A stretch of DNA of 64,000 nucleotides from an uncultured Verrucomicrobiae bacterium (GTDB lineage Bacteria > Verrucomicrobiota > Verrucomicrobiia > Opitutales > JABDGR01), in assembly GCA_963765205.1 (NCBI GenBank), contig CAVXVB010000005.1, forward strand, positions 352,001 to 416,000. Direction: 5' to 3'. The notes under the pieces were generated by a model. The model was not told the origin of the DNA and did no database searches. It saw nothing but the letters and a program-made list of their open reading frames with translations. Below are positions 61,533-64,000 of the stretch, piece after piece. Position numbers and translations under genes: made by a program. Every line of letters starts with the position of its first letter. Within the stretch, counting starts at the first letter, position 1.

Positions 61533-63632
61533 ATGTCCTTCCTGTCCCCCTTGTTTACCCCGGCCTGGAGCCGCCTGACCGCCGACCGCATCGAGCCGGA
61601 TATCACCGCTGCGCTGGCCGAGGCCGAGGCGAAGTTTGCCGCCATTGCCGCGCAGGACCCCGCGCGCCTTTCCTACGCGAGCGTGCTGGGCGCGTTTGAC
61701 GAGGCCGCCGCCACACTCGACCGCGCGTGGACGCGCGTGCAGCACCTCGATGCCGTTTCCAACGCGCCCGCGTTGCGCGCCGCCCACAACGCCATGCTGC
61801 CGAAGGTGACGGATTTTTACACGCGCATCTACCTCAACGAGGGCCTGGGGAAAATTCTCCAAGCCTATGCCGCCACGCCCGACGCCCGCGCCCTGACCGG
61901 CGTGCGCCGCCGCTTTCTCGAGGAGACGCTGGAGGACTTCCGCGATTCCGGCGCGGGTCTCGCGCCCGCCGACAAAGCGGAACTCGAGCGTCTCAACACC
62001 GAAATTTCCGCAACCACGCAAAAATTTTCCGAGAACGTGCTCGACGCGACGAATGCCTGGGAACTGACCATCGCGGACGAAGCGCGCCTGACGGGCCTGC
62101 CGGAAAGCGCGCGGGCAGCGGCTCGGCAAAGTTTTCTGGGCAAAAATCCCGGGGCCACGGCTCAGCCCGGCTGGCGGTTCACGCTCCACGCGCCGTCCTT
62201 TATTCCGCTGATGAAATATGCCGAGGACGACGCGCTGCGCCACGAAGTCTGGCAGGCGGGGGTGAACATTGGGCGCGCCGCGCCGCAGGACAACACCGTC
62301 CTGATTCCGAAAATTCTCGCGCTGCGCCAGGCGAAGGCGCGCCTGTTGGGCCGGTCACAATTCGCCGACCTGGTGCTGCACCGCCGGATGGCCAAAAGCG
62401 GCGCGGGGGCGCTGGCCTTCATCGAAAAACTGCACACGCGTCTGGCCGGCGTGTTCGCGCGCGAGCAGCGCGAGCTGGAGCAATTCAAGGCGACCCAGAC
62501 CGGCCAAGCCGCCGGGCCGCTCGAACCGTGGGAGGCTGCCTATTGGGCCGAGCGCCGCCGCCAGACTGAACTCGATTTTGATGAAGAGCAACTGCGGCCG
62601 TATTTCCCGATCGAGGGCGTGTTGGGCGGATTGTTTCGTTTGGTGGAAACACTCTTTGACGTGCGCCTCACCGAGCGCCCCGTCATTTTCCGGGAGCCGA
62701 ATTCAGCAGATGAGCCGCCACCCGGCGCGGTCGAAGTGTGGCATCCCGAGGTGAAGTTTTACGATTTGCACGATGCGGATGGACGGCACCTCGGCTCTTT
62801 TTACGCCGACTGGCATCCGCGCGAGAGCAAGCGCGGGGGCGCGTGGATGAATTTTTTCGAGACCGGTGGTCCGCGCCCCGGCGGCGGTTTCGCGCCGCAT
62901 CTGGGCATCATCGCGGGGAATCTCACCGCGCCGCTGGCCGGCCGGCCGGCCTTGCTGACGCACGACGAGGTCACAACCATTTTCCACGAATTCGGCCATC
63001 TGCTGCATCATCTGTTTGGCGAGGTCGAGGTGAAGTCGCTTAACGGCGTGCGGGTGGCGTGGGACTTTGTCGAGCTGCCGTCGCAAATCATGGAGAACTG
63101 GGTGTGGGAGCGCGCGGGGCTGGACTTCGTCGCGCGCCGGCCGGACACGGGCGCGACGCTGCCCGAGGAACTATTTCAAAAAATGCGGGCCACGCGGCAC
63201 TTCATGGCGGCGACGGCGATGATGCGCCTGCTGGCCTTCAGCAAAATGGACCTCGATTTGCACCTGCACGCGGAGGAACTGGCGGCGGGCACGGTGGACC
63301 TCGACGCGTGGTTGCGCGCGCGCGTGGCCGGCTACCTGCCGCGTTACCGCACCGAGCCGCCGACCTTTGTGCCGCGCTTCACCCATATATTCTCCGAGTC
63401 AGTCGGCTATGCGGCGGGGTATTATTCCTACAAATGGGCCGAAGTACTGGATGCCGACGCGTTCACGCGCTTTCAAAAGGAGGGCCTGCTCAACCCCGCC
63501 ACCGGCCGCGATTTCCGCCAGAAGATTCTCGCGCGGGGCAACGGTGCGCCGCCGGAGGAACTCTTTCACGATTTTCTGGGCCGCGCGCCCGACCCGGCGG
63601 CCGACTTGGCGCGGTGCGGCTTGGGGGTGTAG
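61533..63632 (+). CDS. prlC: M3-family oligopeptidase A
   Basis: RESKRGGAWM, FHEFGHLLH, WDFVELPSQIMENW, GYAAGYYSYKWAEVLDADAF. Confidence 0.93.
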   Translation: MSFLSPLFTPAWSRLTADRIEPDITAALAEAEAKFAAIAAQDPARLSYASVLGAFDEAAATLDRAWTRVQHLDAVSNAPALRAAHNAMLPKVTDFYTRIYLNEGLGKILQAYAATPDARALTGVRRRFLEETLEDFRDSGAGLAPADKAELERLNTEISATTQKFSENVLDATNAWELTIADEARLTGLPESARAAARQSFLGKNPGATAQPGWRFTLHAPSFIPLMKYAEDDALRHEVWQAGVNIGRAAPQDNTVLIPKILALRQAKARLLGRSQFADLVLHRRMAKSGAGALAFIEKLHTRLAGVFAREQRELEQFKATQTGQAAGPLEPWEAAYWAERRRQTELDFDEEQLRPYFPIEGVLGGLFRLVETLFDVRLTERPVIFREPNSADEPPPGAVEVWHPEVKFYDLHDADGRHLGSFYADWHPRESKRGGAWMNFFETGGPRPGGGFAPHLGIIAGNLTAPLAGRPALLTHDEVTTIFHEFGHLLHHLFGEVEVKSLNGVRVAWDFVELPSQIMENWVWERAGLDFVARRPDTGATLPEELFQKMRATRHFMAATAMMRLLAFSKMDLDLHLHAEELAAGTVDLDAWLRARVAGYLPRYRTEPPTFVPRFTHIFSESVGYAAGYYSYKWAEVLDADAFTRFQKEGLLNPATGRDFRQKILARGNGAPPEELFHDFLGRAPDPAADLARCGLGV

Positions 63633-63713
63633 GGTTAGGCCAGGGGTGGGGGCGGTAATTAAGGGATGGGAATTAGGGGAGGAAGAGGAGGGATGGGGTG
63701 GTGGAAAGCACGG

Positions 63714-64000
63714 TCAGGCCACGGGTAGCGGAGTTTTTTCGACGTTTGGGCTGGCGGTCCTGGGTGCCGGCCCGTCCAGCAAGGCGCGCACGCGTTCGAG
63801 AAGCGTGTTCAGCGAAAACGGTTTTTGGAGGCGGTCGGTGCCGGGGCCGGATTGGTCCACCGCGCCGACATTTTCGTAGCCGGACATGAAGAGCACGCGC
63901 AGTTCCGGCCGTTGCACCCGCACCTGCGTCGCCAGGGCGCGGCCGGAAAGCTTGGGCAGGACAAGGTCCGCGACCAGCAGGTCAAAATTTCCATCATGGG
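63714..64000 (-). CDS. C-terminal response-regulator receiver domain (partial; likely a hybrid kinase continuing beyond the window)
   Basis: Open frame from the window edge: FDLLVADLVLPKLSG...VLFMSGY...LQKPFS. Confidence 0.85.
   Translation of the reverse strand, partial: HDGNFDLLVADLVLPKLSGRALATQVRVQRPELRVLFMSGYENVGAVDQSGPGTDRLQKPFSLNTLLERVRALLDGPAPRTASPNVEKTPLPVA

Overview
This is a 64 kb high-GC bacterial chromosomal segment. Gene content and style suggest Verrucomicrobiota, probably Opitutia; this is an inference. The housekeeping backbone is pheS-rplT-rpmI, secA-lnt, dnaG-rpoD, uvrB, clpS, recN, mnmA and oligopeptidase A. Other loci are a pilin plus a PilMNOP/secretin-like operon, a GH13 pullulanase-like enzyme, a CE8 pectinesterase, an ExbB/ExbD/TonB-like trio next to a large beta-helical surface protein, and an 8-gene MoxR/DUF58/BatA/vWA/ABC locus. 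The most interesting locus is a tightly packed 4-gene minus-strand operon (32528-40285). It encodes an FHA-like/Zn-ribbon TRAFAC-type GTPase, a GAP1-like membrane protein, a 976-aa membrane-anchored helical protein and a GYF_2-like membrane protein, and is a candidate envelope-spanning conflict or sensing system. Also notable are an AT-rich HEPN-like gene, an orphan hicB bracketed by 31-bp direct repeats, an ExbD lacking its essential Asp, nested palindromic REPIN-like elements flanking foreign-looking genes, many intergenic 7-9-mer micro-arrays, and four single-base frameshifts (possibly assembly errors). No rRNA, tRNA, CRISPR array or transposase was recognised.
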